64,000 nt of DNA from Meiothermus sp. (GTDB lineage Bacteria; Deinococcota; Deinococci; Deinococcales; Thermaceae). Position numbers and translations under genes: made by a program. The DNA lies in the NCBI GenBank assembly GCA_033762915.1, contig JANRLD010000039.1:1-64000 (forward strand), written 5' to 3'. How positions within the stretch are numbered: position 1 is the stretch's first letter; each line of letters starts with the position of its first letter. Below, in pieces: positions 49,745 through 59,224 of this stretch. The notes below the pieces were generated by a model. The model did no database searches and was not told the DNA's origin. It saw only the letters and a program-made list of their open reading frames with translations.

Positions 49745-52042
49745 ATGCAACACACATGTACTCAATTCGGATTCACCGAGCAGCCCCCACCGGTCAAGGT
49801 CTTGCTGGGTTCGGCTCACTGGGCGCAGCAGTACCTCGAGCACCTCCCGACCCCCTTGCTGGTCCTTCGGTTGCAGCCCTCCGACTGCGCAGACCCCATC
49901 GCGCTAGGCAATCGCCTTTCCGAAGCCGTTGAGGCCGCCTACGGGAGCCCCCTGTTCGGTAGGGGCATGAGCTTCGAGTACGGGCTGCGGGTTATAAACC
50001 GGCACCGCGACCTCCTCGAGCCCTTCAAATTCCTGGTCTTACACAGCGACGTGGCCCCAGGTCTGGTCGAAGCCCTGGTTCGGCAATTCCCCCACGCGGT
50101 CTGGCTTCACCTGGATCACCTTCCACCCGACCTGCTTTCGCCCAACCAGGCCCAGATCATTCGGGAGCCCCTGATGGACTTCTTGGCCCCGCCTGTTCAA
50201 GAGGGTGGGGATAGTTGCGTCAACCTCGAGCTGCTCCTCCACTGCAGCATCGGGAAGGCCCAGTGGGGCCGGGCCCTGGACCTGCTGATCTGCCTCGCCC
50301 CCCCTACGTTTGTAGATCAGCTCGAGCCCATCGCCTCCAAACTGATCGAACAGGGGGAGTACCGCAAGCTCTACCAAGCCCTCAGAACCCTTCCCCGCGC
50401 CGCCGAAGACCCCCGCCTCCTGCGCTGGCTCCTTGAAGCCGCCCTGCCTTTGGGAGAGCAGTACCACTGGCTGGACGCTTTGGAGAAGGCGCTCGAGCAC
50501 AACCCACCTCCAGAGCTGAGGGCGGTCTCACTGGAGGTCTTCTTCTATACGGGCCGGCCCGAAATTGCCCTCGCGCAAACCCGCCGAGCGGCAAAGGAGG
50601 CCCCCACCCCGTTCACCCTCTATCAACTGGGCCGTGCACTCCAAACCTCCAGTCCGCAGGCCTCCCTGGCCCAGCTCAAGCACGCCCTCCGGCTGGCAGA
50701 GCAGAGGGACGACGCGTTCAACACCACCCGCATCTGTCTGGCCCTAGCCCAAACCCACACCCAACTGGGTGAGTTCGCCGCCGCCGAAACCTGGGCTGAG
50801 CAGGGTTTGCGCTGGATACACCAGAAGTCCTCGAGTAACACCCTGCTGCAGCTGCAACTCTTCAACGAGCTGGCCTACGTCCGAACCTTGCTGGGCGAGA
50901 CCCTGGGCCTGGAGGAACAACTCCGGCGGGAGATCGGCCACCTCCTGGGCGTATCCCCCTCCTGGGCGCGGCTATTGCGCTCGACCCTGGGCGAGCTGTT
51001 AATCGCTGAGGGGCGGAGCGAAGAGGCCCGCCAGATCTTCGCGGATATCTGGCAGGAGATAGATCGGCGGGAGATGTATAACCGCTACTGCGACGGCTAC
51101 GTTCGAGCCCTGCTGGAGTGCGGCGAGCTCGAGGCTGCCCAGCGGATCGCTGTGCAAGCCCACCGCCTAACCGAAGACCTTCCGCCCCTGTACCGCCGGG
51201 GCGTCCGTCTGGCCTTGGCGATGGTGGTTAGCCTGAGCGAGCCCTTCAAGGGATTGGAAATGCTCGAGGATTCCCTCGAGGAAATGCGGGGGCAGATAGG
51301 CCATCAGCACCTTCGCGCCATCCTCTACAAGCTGCGGGCCTTGGACACAGTGGGTAACTATCCCAAGGCCCAAGCGCTGTTCGAGCAATACCGGCTTCAG
51401 CTTCAGGCCCTAGGTCTGAGTGGGCTTCGCCTGCTCGGCGGCCCCGAGGAGTGGTTCTCGAACGTCTTGCGCACGGTTTCGGGCAAGGAGGTGCCGCTAG
51501 AGATGTGGTTCTTGGGTCGAATCAGTGCCCGCTGGGAGGGCCAACCCCTAGAACTCCGGCAGCGGCTGGCCGACTACCTGGCCACCTTGGTGCTTTCGCC
51601 GGAGGGGGTCAGCCTGGACAAACTGGCCACCGAGGTCTACGCGGATGCCGCCAACACCAACACCACCAAAGCTCAGATCGCCCAGCTGAAAAAACTGATC
51701 CCCATCGAGGCCACCCCCTACCGGCTGAGCACCCCGTTCTGGGCCGACTTTATGGAGTTGCGCCAGCTCATCAAGTCCGGCCGCGTGCGAGAGTCGTTGC
51801 GTCTTTACAGGGGGCCGCTGCTCCCCGAGTCCAAAGCCAAGAACATCGAGAACGAGCGCTGGTATTTGCAGGAGATGCTGCGGGCGGCCGTGCTGCTGTC
51901 CGGCGATGCAGAGTGCTTGTGGGTCATGTCCAACCTCATCCGGGACGACCTCGAGCTCTGGGAGATGACCCTCGTGGTACTCCAGCCGGGCGATTACCGG
52001 AAAATCCTGGCCCAGGGGTATGTGCGTAATTTGAGCGCCTGA
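49745..52042 (+). CDS. TPR-repeat protein with C-terminal SARP-like wHTH/BTAD module (transcriptional regulator)
   Basis: Helical TPR-like core; FLG..RWEG..L.LSPEGVS..LATEVY and LRLYRGPLLP typical of SARP/BTAD. Confidence 0.75.
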   Translation: MQHTCTQFGFTEQPPPVKVLLGSAHWAQQYLEHLPTPLLVLRLQPSDCADPIALGNRLSEAVEAAYGSPLFGRGMSFEYGLRVINRHRDLLEPFKFLVLHSDVAPGLVEALVRQFPHAVWLHLDHLPPDLLSPNQAQIIREPLMDFLAPPVQEGGDSCVNLELLLHCSIGKAQWGRALDLLICLAPPTFVDQLEPIASKLIEQGEYRKLYQALRTLPRAAEDPRLLRWLLEAALPLGEQYHWLDALEKALEHNPPPELRAVSLEVFFYTGRPEIALAQTRRAAKEAPTPFTLYQLGRALQTSSPQASLAQLKHALRLAEQRDDAFNTTRICLALAQTHTQLGEFAAAETWAEQGLRWIHQKSSSNTLLQLQLFNELAYVRTLLGETLGLEEQLRREIGHLLGVSPSWARLLRSTLGELLIAEGRSEEARQIFADIWQEIDRREMYNRYCDGYVRALLECGELEAAQRIAVQAHRLTEDLPPLYRRGVRLALAMVVSLSEPFKGLEMLEDSLEEMRGQIGHQHLRAILYKLRALDTVGNYPKAQALFEQYRLQLQALGLSGLRLLGGPEEWFSNVLRTVSGKEVPLEMWFLGRISARWEGQPLELRQRLADYLATLVLSPEGVSLDKLATEVYADAANTNTTKAQIAQLKKLIPIEATPYRLSTPFWADFMELRQLIKSGRVRESLRLYRGPLLPESKAKNIENERWYLQEMLRAAVLLSGDAECLWVMSNLIRDDLELWEMTLVVLQPGDYRKILAQGYVRNLSA

Positions 52043-52223
52043 GCTGTACACGAGGTGTAGCCTTTCTGGGGCTTGCTCCATACCTGCGGTACGGGTTGAG
52101 AAAGGCAGAAACGACCGGCCGTGATCGAGGGCGAAGTCGGCTTCGGGGACAAAACCAAAAACAGCGCCGAATTCGGCGCTGCCCTAGAGAGACTTGGCTA
52201 TGGAGCAGTCGGGTAGAGACTGC

Positions 52224-52313
52224 TTACCAAGGACCACTACCCAGCCCGCCACTGCCTGCCAAAGCCAGACCCGCCAAAGCCAGCAAAACCACTGCGCCGA
52301 GGAGTTTTTTCAT
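52224..52313 (-). CDS. Secreted pre-peptide, 29 aa MKKLLGAVVLLALAGLALA/GSGGLGSGPW
   Basis: GGAGG 6 nt before ATG; Sec signal peptide ending ALA; TAA stop; not in the ORF track. Confidence 0.75.
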   Translation of the reverse strand: MKKLLGAVVLLALAGLALAGSGGLGSGPW

Positions 52314-52540
52314 GGTTAACCTCCACGGGGAGATTACGAAACGCGAGGGTTGCTTTTAGACTGCCCCGGATTGCCGGAGGTTTAATTTCGGTTTAAATCC
52401 AAAAGACTTAATCGTTCCAGAGGCGTTTGCAAGTGGTTTAAACCAACTCAACCCCACAGACCCGATCCTTTCACAGGACCTTCCACGGGGCTCTTTGTGC
52501 TGCACAGGGTCGGCCCCAGCCCGCTCAGGGCGAAGCCTCA

Positions 52541-52866
52541 GAGCGGCTCCCACGCCTACTCCCTACGGCGCTAAAGCGGGCTGTTTTTGCTGTAGAGCGG
52601 TTGCCACGAACACTCAGTACGGCGGTTTTTGCCGTACCGAGTGCACTACTCCGCTGATTCTGTTGGCGAAGTCGGGGTGCAACTCGAGAAGTCGTGTCTT
52701 CATCGGTATCTCAATCCTCGCTTTATCGCCCAGATTTGGAGTTCGCCAACAGAATCTCCGCTATAGCGCACGCTTTAGCGCCGCAGCGTGGGCAGAGTAG
52801 TGGTGGGAAACGCGATAGGGAGTACATTACCTCCCGCCTCGAGGGAGGTAATGGTGGAAAACACGA
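52541..52866 (+). mobile_element. Family B element containing nested insertions
   Basis: Inner element 52595-52815 flanked by TA/TA; innermost 52656-52756 with 15-bp TIR and TCCGCT duplication. Confidence 0.8.
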
Positions 52867-52933
52867 TCAGTCCTCGAGGGCTCGAAATGCGTTTGGTCCG
52901 ACAGCCTGCGGTGCCACCGGCGTTAGTGTGCGT

Positions 52934-53018
52934 TGGTGCGCGGAGGGGGACTTGAACCCCCACACCTTGCGGCACAAGATCCTAAGTCTTGCGTGTCTAC
53001 CAATTCCACCATCCGCGC
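52934..53018 (-). tRNA. tRNA-Leu(TAG)
   Basis: 85-nt cloverleaf with variable arm, GCGCGGATGG...TTAGGA...CCGCGCACCA. Confidence 0.97.
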
Positions 53019-53303
53019 AGATGGGCAAAAGTGAGTGTACAGTAGAGATTCCCGCCTTGCAACCCGTCGTGCGGGCGCAAATCCGGGGATTGTCGCCGGC
53101 CGTAGGGTGGTCCTGTCTAGGGGTCTGGCCCCGGGCTTATGGCGATCATTCAAGGTAACCGACCTGCGGCCTTCGGCTCCTGCCCACGGCCTCCCGCCCT
53201 TTTTGGAAAAGCCTCGAGGCTGTAGACTTGGGGTCGCGCCTTAGAGCGTAAAGGCAAACACGGAAACTCATTCTGATTTGCCGTAGACTACCTAACTTGT
53301 GGA

Positions 53304-53573
53304 GTGCGGTCGCTAATGTTCAGACAGTTCCTGATGGGCGGGGTTCGCGTCTACCGGCGGTTTGTTTCGCCGCTGAAGCCGCCCACCTGCCGTTTCTATC
53401 CCACTTGCAGCCACTACGCCCTCGAGGCTCTCGAGCGGCACGGCGCCTGGTGGGGGATGTACCTGAGCGCGCGCCGCATCCTGAAGTGTCACCCCTTCCA
53501 CCCCGGCGGCCTGGACTATGTTCCGCAAGAGCGCCCCAGGGTGCGCTGGAACCCGATGGACACGGTGAAGTAG
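53304..53573 (+). CDS. yidD: Membrane protein insertion efficiency factor
   Basis: [22 protein letters not shown]; start may be 53316. Confidence 0.93.
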   Translation: MRSLMFRQFLMGGVRVYRRFVSPLKPPTCRFYPTCSHYALEALERHGAWWGMYLSARRILKCHPFHPGGLDYVPQERPRVRWNPMDTVK

Positions 53574-53590
53574 CGGTATCTGGAGGATGA

Positions 53591-55051
53591 ATGAGAAAGT
53601 GGTTTTGGTTGGTGGTTCTGGCTTTTTCACTAAGCCCTGCCTTCGCGCTCAACCCCGAGTGGCGTCAGGTGGACGTGAACGGGGACAACGTGCAGGAGCG
53701 GGTGGCCGTCACCAACCTGGCGGACATCGCCTTCGACGAGAATACCGGCCAGATCGTGGCCTGGTACATCAAAATTCAGCGGGCCAGGGACTTCCGGGGC
53801 AACTACGTCAATCAGCCCAACCTGGTGCGCTCCACCCCGCCCGCCCAGGGCGCCCCCAACCCGCCGCGCTTCGTGCCGGTTCCGGTGGGCGTGCTCTCTG
53901 GCTTTACCCCCCAGAGCGCCGAGTTCAGCGGCGGCAACCCATCCGCCCCCGACTACAACCGCGACGGCGATCTGGTGGCCCGCTTCACCCAGGGCGAGAC
54001 CAGCCTCACCTACAAGATTCACCCCCGCTTCCTGACCATCGATGTGAGCGTGCAAAGCCCCACCCCCCGCACCCTTAGCTGGTCGGGCCTGGGCGCAGGC
54101 AGCCGCACCATCCCCAAGCTCCTGACCAGCGGCAACAGCCAGCCCCAGGAGAACGGCTCGGGGGTGGCCTCTTACGCCGCGCTGCACAACCCGGTGGCAG
54201 GCTTCTCCTTCGTGCCGGGCGGCAGCTATGCCTTCGTGGTGCGCCCTGATCGCCCCACCCAAATCAGCCTGAACACCGTCAACGGGCTGAGCGCCATCGA
54301 GATCGCGGTGCCCGCCGGCGGCTTCAACACCAGGGTCTACGGCGGCTTTTACGAGCTGGTGCGCCTGCACGTGGAGGGCTTTTACGGCAGCTTGCCGGGG
54401 CTGTTCAATCCCAACATCTGGGGACAGGTATCGCTGGGGCTGATCTGGGTACTCGAGCAGACCTATCGCCTGGTGGGTAACAGCTGGATTCTGGCCATTG
54501 TGGTGGTCACGTTGCTGCTGCGCCTGTTGATGTGGCCCCTGATGCACCGGCAGTACAAGAGCATGGCCGAGATGCAGAAGATTCAGCCCATCGTCAAGAA
54601 GATTCAGGAGAAGTACAAGGACGACCGGCAGAAGCAGCAAGAAGAGATGATGAAGGTCTACCAGGAGCACAAGATCAACCCCCTGGGTGGCTGCTTCCCG
54701 CTCCTGCTCCAGATGCCGATCCTCTTCCTGATCTACAAGATCATGGTGGGCTACGAGTTCGGCCAGGGCTTCCTCTGGATCCGCGATCTGGCCCTGCCCG
54801 ACCCCATCTACATCCTGCCGGTGATCTATATCCTGGTGCTGCTGGGCTCGACCTGGCTCTCGGCGGCGGGCAACCCCGAGGCGCTGCGCCAGGGTATCAT
54901 CATCAATCTGGTCTTCGCCTTCCTGCTGTTCAGCTTCCCGGCGGGCGTGACCATCTACTGGGTGCTTTCCACCGCCATCAGCCTGGGCCAGCAGTGGCTG
55001 ATCAACAAGTCGCTGGGTCTGCCGCTCTCGCCCGCCAAGGCGGCAAAGTAA
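53591..55051 (+). CDS. yidC: Membrane protein insertase YidC
   Basis: KSMAEMQKIQP, NPLGGCFPLLLQMPI, PAGVTIYW. Confidence 0.95.
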   Translation: MRKWFWLVVLAFSLSPAFALNPEWRQVDVNGDNVQERVAVTNLADIAFDENTGQIVAWYIKIQRARDFRGNYVNQPNLVRSTPPAQGAPNPPRFVPVPVGVLSGFTPQSAEFSGGNPSAPDYNRDGDLVARFTQGETSLTYKIHPRFLTIDVSVQSPTPRTLSWSGLGAGSRTIPKLLTSGNSQPQENGSGVASYAALHNPVAGFSFVPGGSYAFVVRPDRPTQISLNTVNGLSAIEIAVPAGGFNTRVYGGFYELVRLHVEGFYGSLPGLFNPNIWGQVSLGLIWVLEQTYRLVGNSWILAIVVVTLLLRLLMWPLMHRQYKSMAEMQKIQPIVKKIQEKYKDDRQKQQEEMMKVYQEHKINPLGGCFPLLLQMPILFLIYKIMVGYEFGQGFLWIRDLALPDPIYILPVIYILVLLGSTWLSAAGNPEALRQGIIINLVFAFLLFSFPAGVTIYWVLSTAISLGQQWLINKSLGLPLSPAKAAK

Positions 55052-55129
55052 GACCACCCGTGCCGCAAGCCATCTGATCCCCTCCCGTGTAGGGAGGGGA
55101 TATTTATGTGCTTTGTACAGTTAAACCGC

Positions 55130-55240
55130 AGGATGCCGCCCCGAAAAGCCCGTAGAGATTTGGGCCCCGGGTAGCCGCTCCGCGGCTATGGCGCAAGCCA
55201 CTCTGCCCAGGAAGGCAACGGTTGCCCCCTCTGATCTCGC
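55130..55240 (-). repeat. Family A long-variant copy
   Basis: GGGTAGCCGCTCCGCGGCTATGGCGC. Confidence 0.65.
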
Positions 55241-55648
55241 ACACCCTAGCGCGGTCGGGCCAGGATCTTTGCACATCCGGCACAAGCGGAAGCGCAATGC
55301 TCTGGGGTGTCGGCGGCTTCTACGAATACCCCGCACGCATAGGCCCGGATGTGCGGGGTTCATTGCGCCCGCCTTATCGCAATATTGCGTGAGCCGTAAA
55401 TCGGAACCGCTGCAAACACCGGTGCAAACGCTGGCAAACTTGCCCGCTGGCATTTCGGGGAGCCGCGCACTTCTCGATATCGGACCGGTGTTTGCACGGG
55501 CACTTCTGTCGTCGGAGGGTACTCCTCGGAGTGAGCGGACTGCCGCAGGGGTTGTTGACAACCCCGGAACTCCACTTTTTTGACGGGATAGGGGGCTTTT
55601 GGGCTTTTTGCAGCCAAGTCAAGGTAAGCTATACTCGAGCGACTGGCT

Positions 55649-56269
55649 ATGGAAGACAAGAAGCGTGGACTGGATGACCTGCTGACCGACCTGGGCATCG
55701 GCGAGAACGAGGCCGCCCCGGAGGTCAAACTCAAGGAGGAGAGCGCCACCCCCGTGGTGGCTGCCCCCTCGCCCCCCCTGCACCAAGACCCCAAGAGCGC
55801 CCTCGAGCACTTCATGGTGGGACTGCTGCTGCGCCTCGACCCGGCCCACTCGGTGGACATTCGCCAGGACGGTGACGTGTTCAGGGCCGAAATCCTGGGT
55901 GGCGACTCGGGTAGGGTGATTGGGCGCGAGGGCAAGACCCTGCAGAGCCTCGAGTTCATCGCCAACGTGGCGATGGCCAAGCAATTCGGTTCGCAGTACC
56001 GGGTGGTCTTGGACGCCGCCGGTTACCGCCGCCGCAACGAGGATCGCATTAAGCGCATGGCCGACGACGCGGTGCTCCAGGTCGAGGTCAGCGGCCAGCC
56101 GGTCGAACTGCCCCCGATGCGCTCTTCCGAGCGCCGGATGATCCACGTGATGCTCAAGCAGCACCCCAAGGTGACCACCACCTCCGAGGGAGAGGGCGAT
56201 GAACGGCACGTGATCGTGCTGCCTCGAGACCCCAACAACCCGCCCTCCGCTAGCGACGAGGCGGAATAG
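55649..56269 (+). CDS. jag: Jag/KhpB KH-R3H RNA-binding protein
   Basis: IGREGKTLQSL, ERRMIH, SEGEG.ERHV. Confidence 0.9.
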   Translation: MEDKKRGLDDLLTDLGIGENEAAPEVKLKEESATPVVAAPSPPLHQDPKSALEHFMVGLLLRLDPAHSVDIRQDGDVFRAEILGGDSGRVIGREGKTLQSLEFIANVAMAKQFGSQYRVVLDAAGYRRRNEDRIKRMADDAVLQVEVSGQPVELPPMRSSERRMIHVMLKQHPKVTTTSEGEGDERHVIVLPRDPNNPPSASDEAE

Positions 56270-56480
56270 AACCGCGCCGACGGTGCCTCCTCTGCGCTGG
56301 GCGCGGGGGAGGCTTTTTGTAGGCAGCAAGGAGGAACGAGAGACCGCCGAGTTCCAGCATTGCCCGCTCCTTGCACCTTGCTTTCTGCTCCGGCTCACCC
56401 TTAATTCACCGGCCGTCACGGTCACAAAACCCAGAGCGTTGGGTGCTTTGGCTGTATGTTTATCTGGATTGAAGGGCCGC

Positions 56481-57446
56481 ATGACCCAGACCGACTCCTT
56501 GCCCAACCGCCCCCGCCGTGTGGACCTGCTGCGCGAATTCCAGCAGGTTTTGCAGAAGGTGGGGATGCCGGGGGTGGAGGCACGCTGGATCCTGACCTAC
56601 GTGCTGGGGATTGACGACCAGGCCTTCACCACCAAGCTCTTGGAGCCTGTGCCCTTCGACGTGGAGGAGGCCGCCAGGGCTATCCTGGCTTTAAGGCTGA
56701 AGGGTCAGCCGCTTCAACTCCTTCTGGGCGAGACCGAGTTCTACGGTCTGCGCCTCAAGGTCAAGCGCGGCGTGCTGATCCCTCGCCCGGAGACCGAGGG
56801 GCTGGTGGAACTAGCCCTCCAACTCCCGCGCCCCCTCACCGCCTACCCCCTCGAGATGCCCGCCGCTGCCAAGGTTTTGGACGTGGGCACCGGCAGCGGG
56901 GCCATCGCCATCGCCTTCAAACACATGCGCTCCGGGGCCGAGGTCTGGGCCTCCGAGATTAACCCGGTGGCCCTCGACCTGGCCCGCCAGAACGCCGAGC
57001 GCCTGGGCCTCGAGATCAACTTCCTCGAGGGGGCCTACACCGCCGGGCTGAGCCAGCTCGAGCTGATCATCTCCAACCCGCCTTACCTGCCCGAGGGTTT
57101 CCGTCACGAGGCCCCGCCCGAACTCTCCTACGAGGACGACCGCGCCCTCTACTCCGGCCACGACGGCCTGGAGATGCCCCGCGAGCTTGTAAGGCACGCC
57201 TGGACTGCCCTGCTGCCCGGCGGCTGGCTGGTCCTCGAGCTGGCCCCCGCCAACATCTACGTCCTGCTGGCCGAGATGGCCGAGCTGGGCTGGCGTGACC
57301 TCCGGGTGAGCCGCGACCTCAACCAGCGCCCTCGATACCTGGTCGCTCAGAAACCCCCCTTGCCTTTCCGTGTGGCCGACGACAGCGATCTGGTGGTGGA
57401 TCACGAGTACTGGCACCAGGATAAGAAAGGTCTGGGGGATTGGTAG
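56481..57446 (+). CDS. prmC: Release factor glutamine methyltransferase
   Basis: VLIPRPETE, DVGTGSGAIA, SNPPY. Confidence 0.93.
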   Translation: MTQTDSLPNRPRRVDLLREFQQVLQKVGMPGVEARWILTYVLGIDDQAFTTKLLEPVPFDVEEAARAILALRLKGQPLQLLLGETEFYGLRLKVKRGVLIPRPETEGLVELALQLPRPLTAYPLEMPAAAKVLDVGTGSGAIAIAFKHMRSGAEVWASEINPVALDLARQNAERLGLEINFLEGAYTAGLSQLELIISNPPYLPEGFRHEAPPELSYEDDRALYSGHDGLEMPRELVRHAWTALLPGGWLVLELAPANIYVLLAEMAELGWRDLRVSRDLNQRPRYLVAQKPPLPFRVADDSDLVVDHEYWHQDKKGLGDW

Positions 57447-57572
57447 TTTTCCGGGCGCCCAGGCCACGTCGGGAAGTTCAGGCGGAGGCGGACCGCGACC
57501 TGTGCAGGCCAGACCCCGCTGTCACAACGCTTATCGGCACTAAACTGCGATGGACTGCCCGTACAACCTCGG

Positions 57573-57685
57573 TTAGTGTCTGCATAGATACAATGCGAAC
57601 TGTCGCCCGACAGCTGCCGTAAGGAATTGTGCCTCGGGTAGCCGCTCTGCGGCTATGGCGCAGGCCACTCCGCCCAGGCACGTAT
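57573..57685 (-). repeat. Family A long-variant copy
   Basis: TAGTGTCTGCATAG end; GGGTAGCCGCTCTGCGGCTATGGCGC. Confidence 0.7.
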
Positions 57686-57898
57686 TTGCTGCTTCTGCTG
57701 ATTTTGAACTTCTACCCTTCCTTAAACCCCTTGGGGCCGAAGGCTGTACCTCACCGACCTCGCGAGGTTGCTACAGGCGGAAGCTATGCCGCGGTTCCCT
57801 CCAATGCCCCGCACCCAAGGGCCCAGACCTGTGGGCTATCGTTGCTTCACACGTCAGGGCGTAGGGGTGGGAACCACCGTGAGGACTGCCGCAGCGGC

Positions 57899-58390
57899 TT
57901 ACTTGACCGACCCGGTGAACAGCAACTCACCCGAGGAGTAGTAGCAGACGATCTCGAAGTTCCGGCCTTCAACCTTCACCGTAGGGTAGGTGGTCTGGGG
58001 CTTCAGACACCTGTTGAAGTCGTAGAAGGCAGGGGAGCCGAAGAAGGTTTGGGAGAAATCCCGGATGAAGGCCTGGTTGGCGCTCAGGGCTCGGCTCAGC
58101 TCGGCCTGGGTCGGGGGATCCTTGGCGGCGGTCACCGGCAGGTTCCAGCCTAGCGCGGTCAGGCGGCCCTCCTTGGAGCGGATGAATAGCGAGCCCTTGA
58201 GCTTGCGGAAGAACAGGTAGGTTCCCGCGCCCTGGTCGGTTGCGGGTACCCGGTCGGGGGGCACCGGCAGCGCGTAGCACTGGTACCTCTGACAGAGCGC
58301 GGTCTTCAGCAGTTCTTGCGGCGTCTTCGGCAGGGGAGCTGCCAGCGCCAGGCCCATACAACCCGCCACCAAAACCCAGATTGGCTTCAT
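57899..58390 (-). CDS. Secreted hypothetical protein
   Basis: Signal peptide ending ALA. Confidence 0.65.
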   Translation of the reverse strand: MKPIWVLVAGCMGLALAAPLPKTPQELLKTALCQRYQCYALPVPPDRVPATDQGAGTYLFFRKLKGSLFIRSKEGRLTALGWNLPVTAAKDPPTQAELSRALSANQAFIRDFSQTFFGSPAFYDFNRCLKPQTTYPTVKVEGRNFEIVCYYSSGELLFTGSVK

Positions 58391-58542
58391 AGAGCCTTAC
58401 TGTACTGCCGGAACCAGCCTTGGGTCAAAACTGGAATCCGGGCAGCCGCCCGCCCCAGCGTTTTGTCCACTCGAGGCAAATGAGGATGGGCCCCTCTGGG
58501 TTTCTTGAGGGGCCCATCGCCGTTCAGGCTTAGCCTTTGGTT

Positions 58543-58947
58543 TTAGGCGCTGACGCGCACCTCGATTTTGCGGGGCTGGGCGGCCTCGGCCTTGGGGATG
58601 TCGAGGTAGAGCACGCCGTTCTTGAAGTTGGCGGCGATCCTGCCCAGGTCGTAGTTGCGGCCCACGTTGAAGGAGCGCTGGAAGGTGCCGTAGCTGCCCT
58701 CGAGGCGCCACTGCTTGGCCTCCTCGGGCTTGGAAAACTCCCGCTGGGCTTTGACGGTGAGGGTGCTGTTTTCGGTGGTGACTTCGACCTTCTCGGGCTC
58801 GATGCCGGGCAGGTAGACCGCCAGGTGAACCCCGTTGGCGTCCTCCAGCACGTCCACGGCGGGCACGTTGGCGCTGGGGCGGCTGTTCTGGCTGAGCAGG
58901 GCGTTCTGGATTTGCTCGAGTTCACGGAAGGGATTGTATCTAATCAT
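58543..58947 (-). CDS. Small heat shock protein (Hsp20)
   Basis: PAVDV.E, LPG, YGTFQRSF, NGVL.LDIPK. Confidence 0.93.
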   Translation of the reverse strand: MIRYNPFRELEQIQNALLSQNSRPSANVPAVDVLEDANGVHLAVYLPGIEPEKVEVTTENSTLTVKAQREFSKPEEAKQWRLEGSYGTFQRSFNVGRNYDLGRIAANFKNGVLYLDIPKAEAAQPRKIEVRVSA

Positions 58948-58970
58948 GGCACTTCTCCTTTTCGAAGACG

Positions 58971-59000
58971 AGTATAAAACCTGAGTGTTATATTGTCAAG
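58971..59000 (-). promoter_or_regulatory. Sigma-A promoter TTGACA-17-TATACT overlapped by a HAIR-like (HspR) inverted repeat
   Basis: CTTGACAATATAACACTCAGG versus HAIR CTTGAGT-N7-ACTCAAG. Confidence 0.8.
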
Positions 59001-59224
59001 TTTACTTAGCTAATTTGGAGACGATTTGCTGACTGATCATTGGGTGTTGGTGACCTCGAGGCCTGTCCTAGCCAGCGGGCCGGCCTCTGCGCCGCCACGT
59101 TGTGAGGCTGCCCAGGCCAATTGAAAACCACTCACCGTGATGCCGTGGCATCTTGTGATATGTTTCGGGCCGGAGGAGCACGACCGTCGCGGCAGTGCCG
59201 TCGGTGTTGAGCATCGCCCCGCCC

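Noticed and set aside
49047..52933. Integrase-type island at tRNA-Leu
   Set aside because: No integrase and no duplicated tRNA-Leu 3' end seen in the window
53630..55057. 475-aa minus-strand ORF (and similar long shadow ORFs such as 10725-11981 and 62138-63067)
   Set aside because: Antisense shadows of real genes caused by high GC3 codon bias
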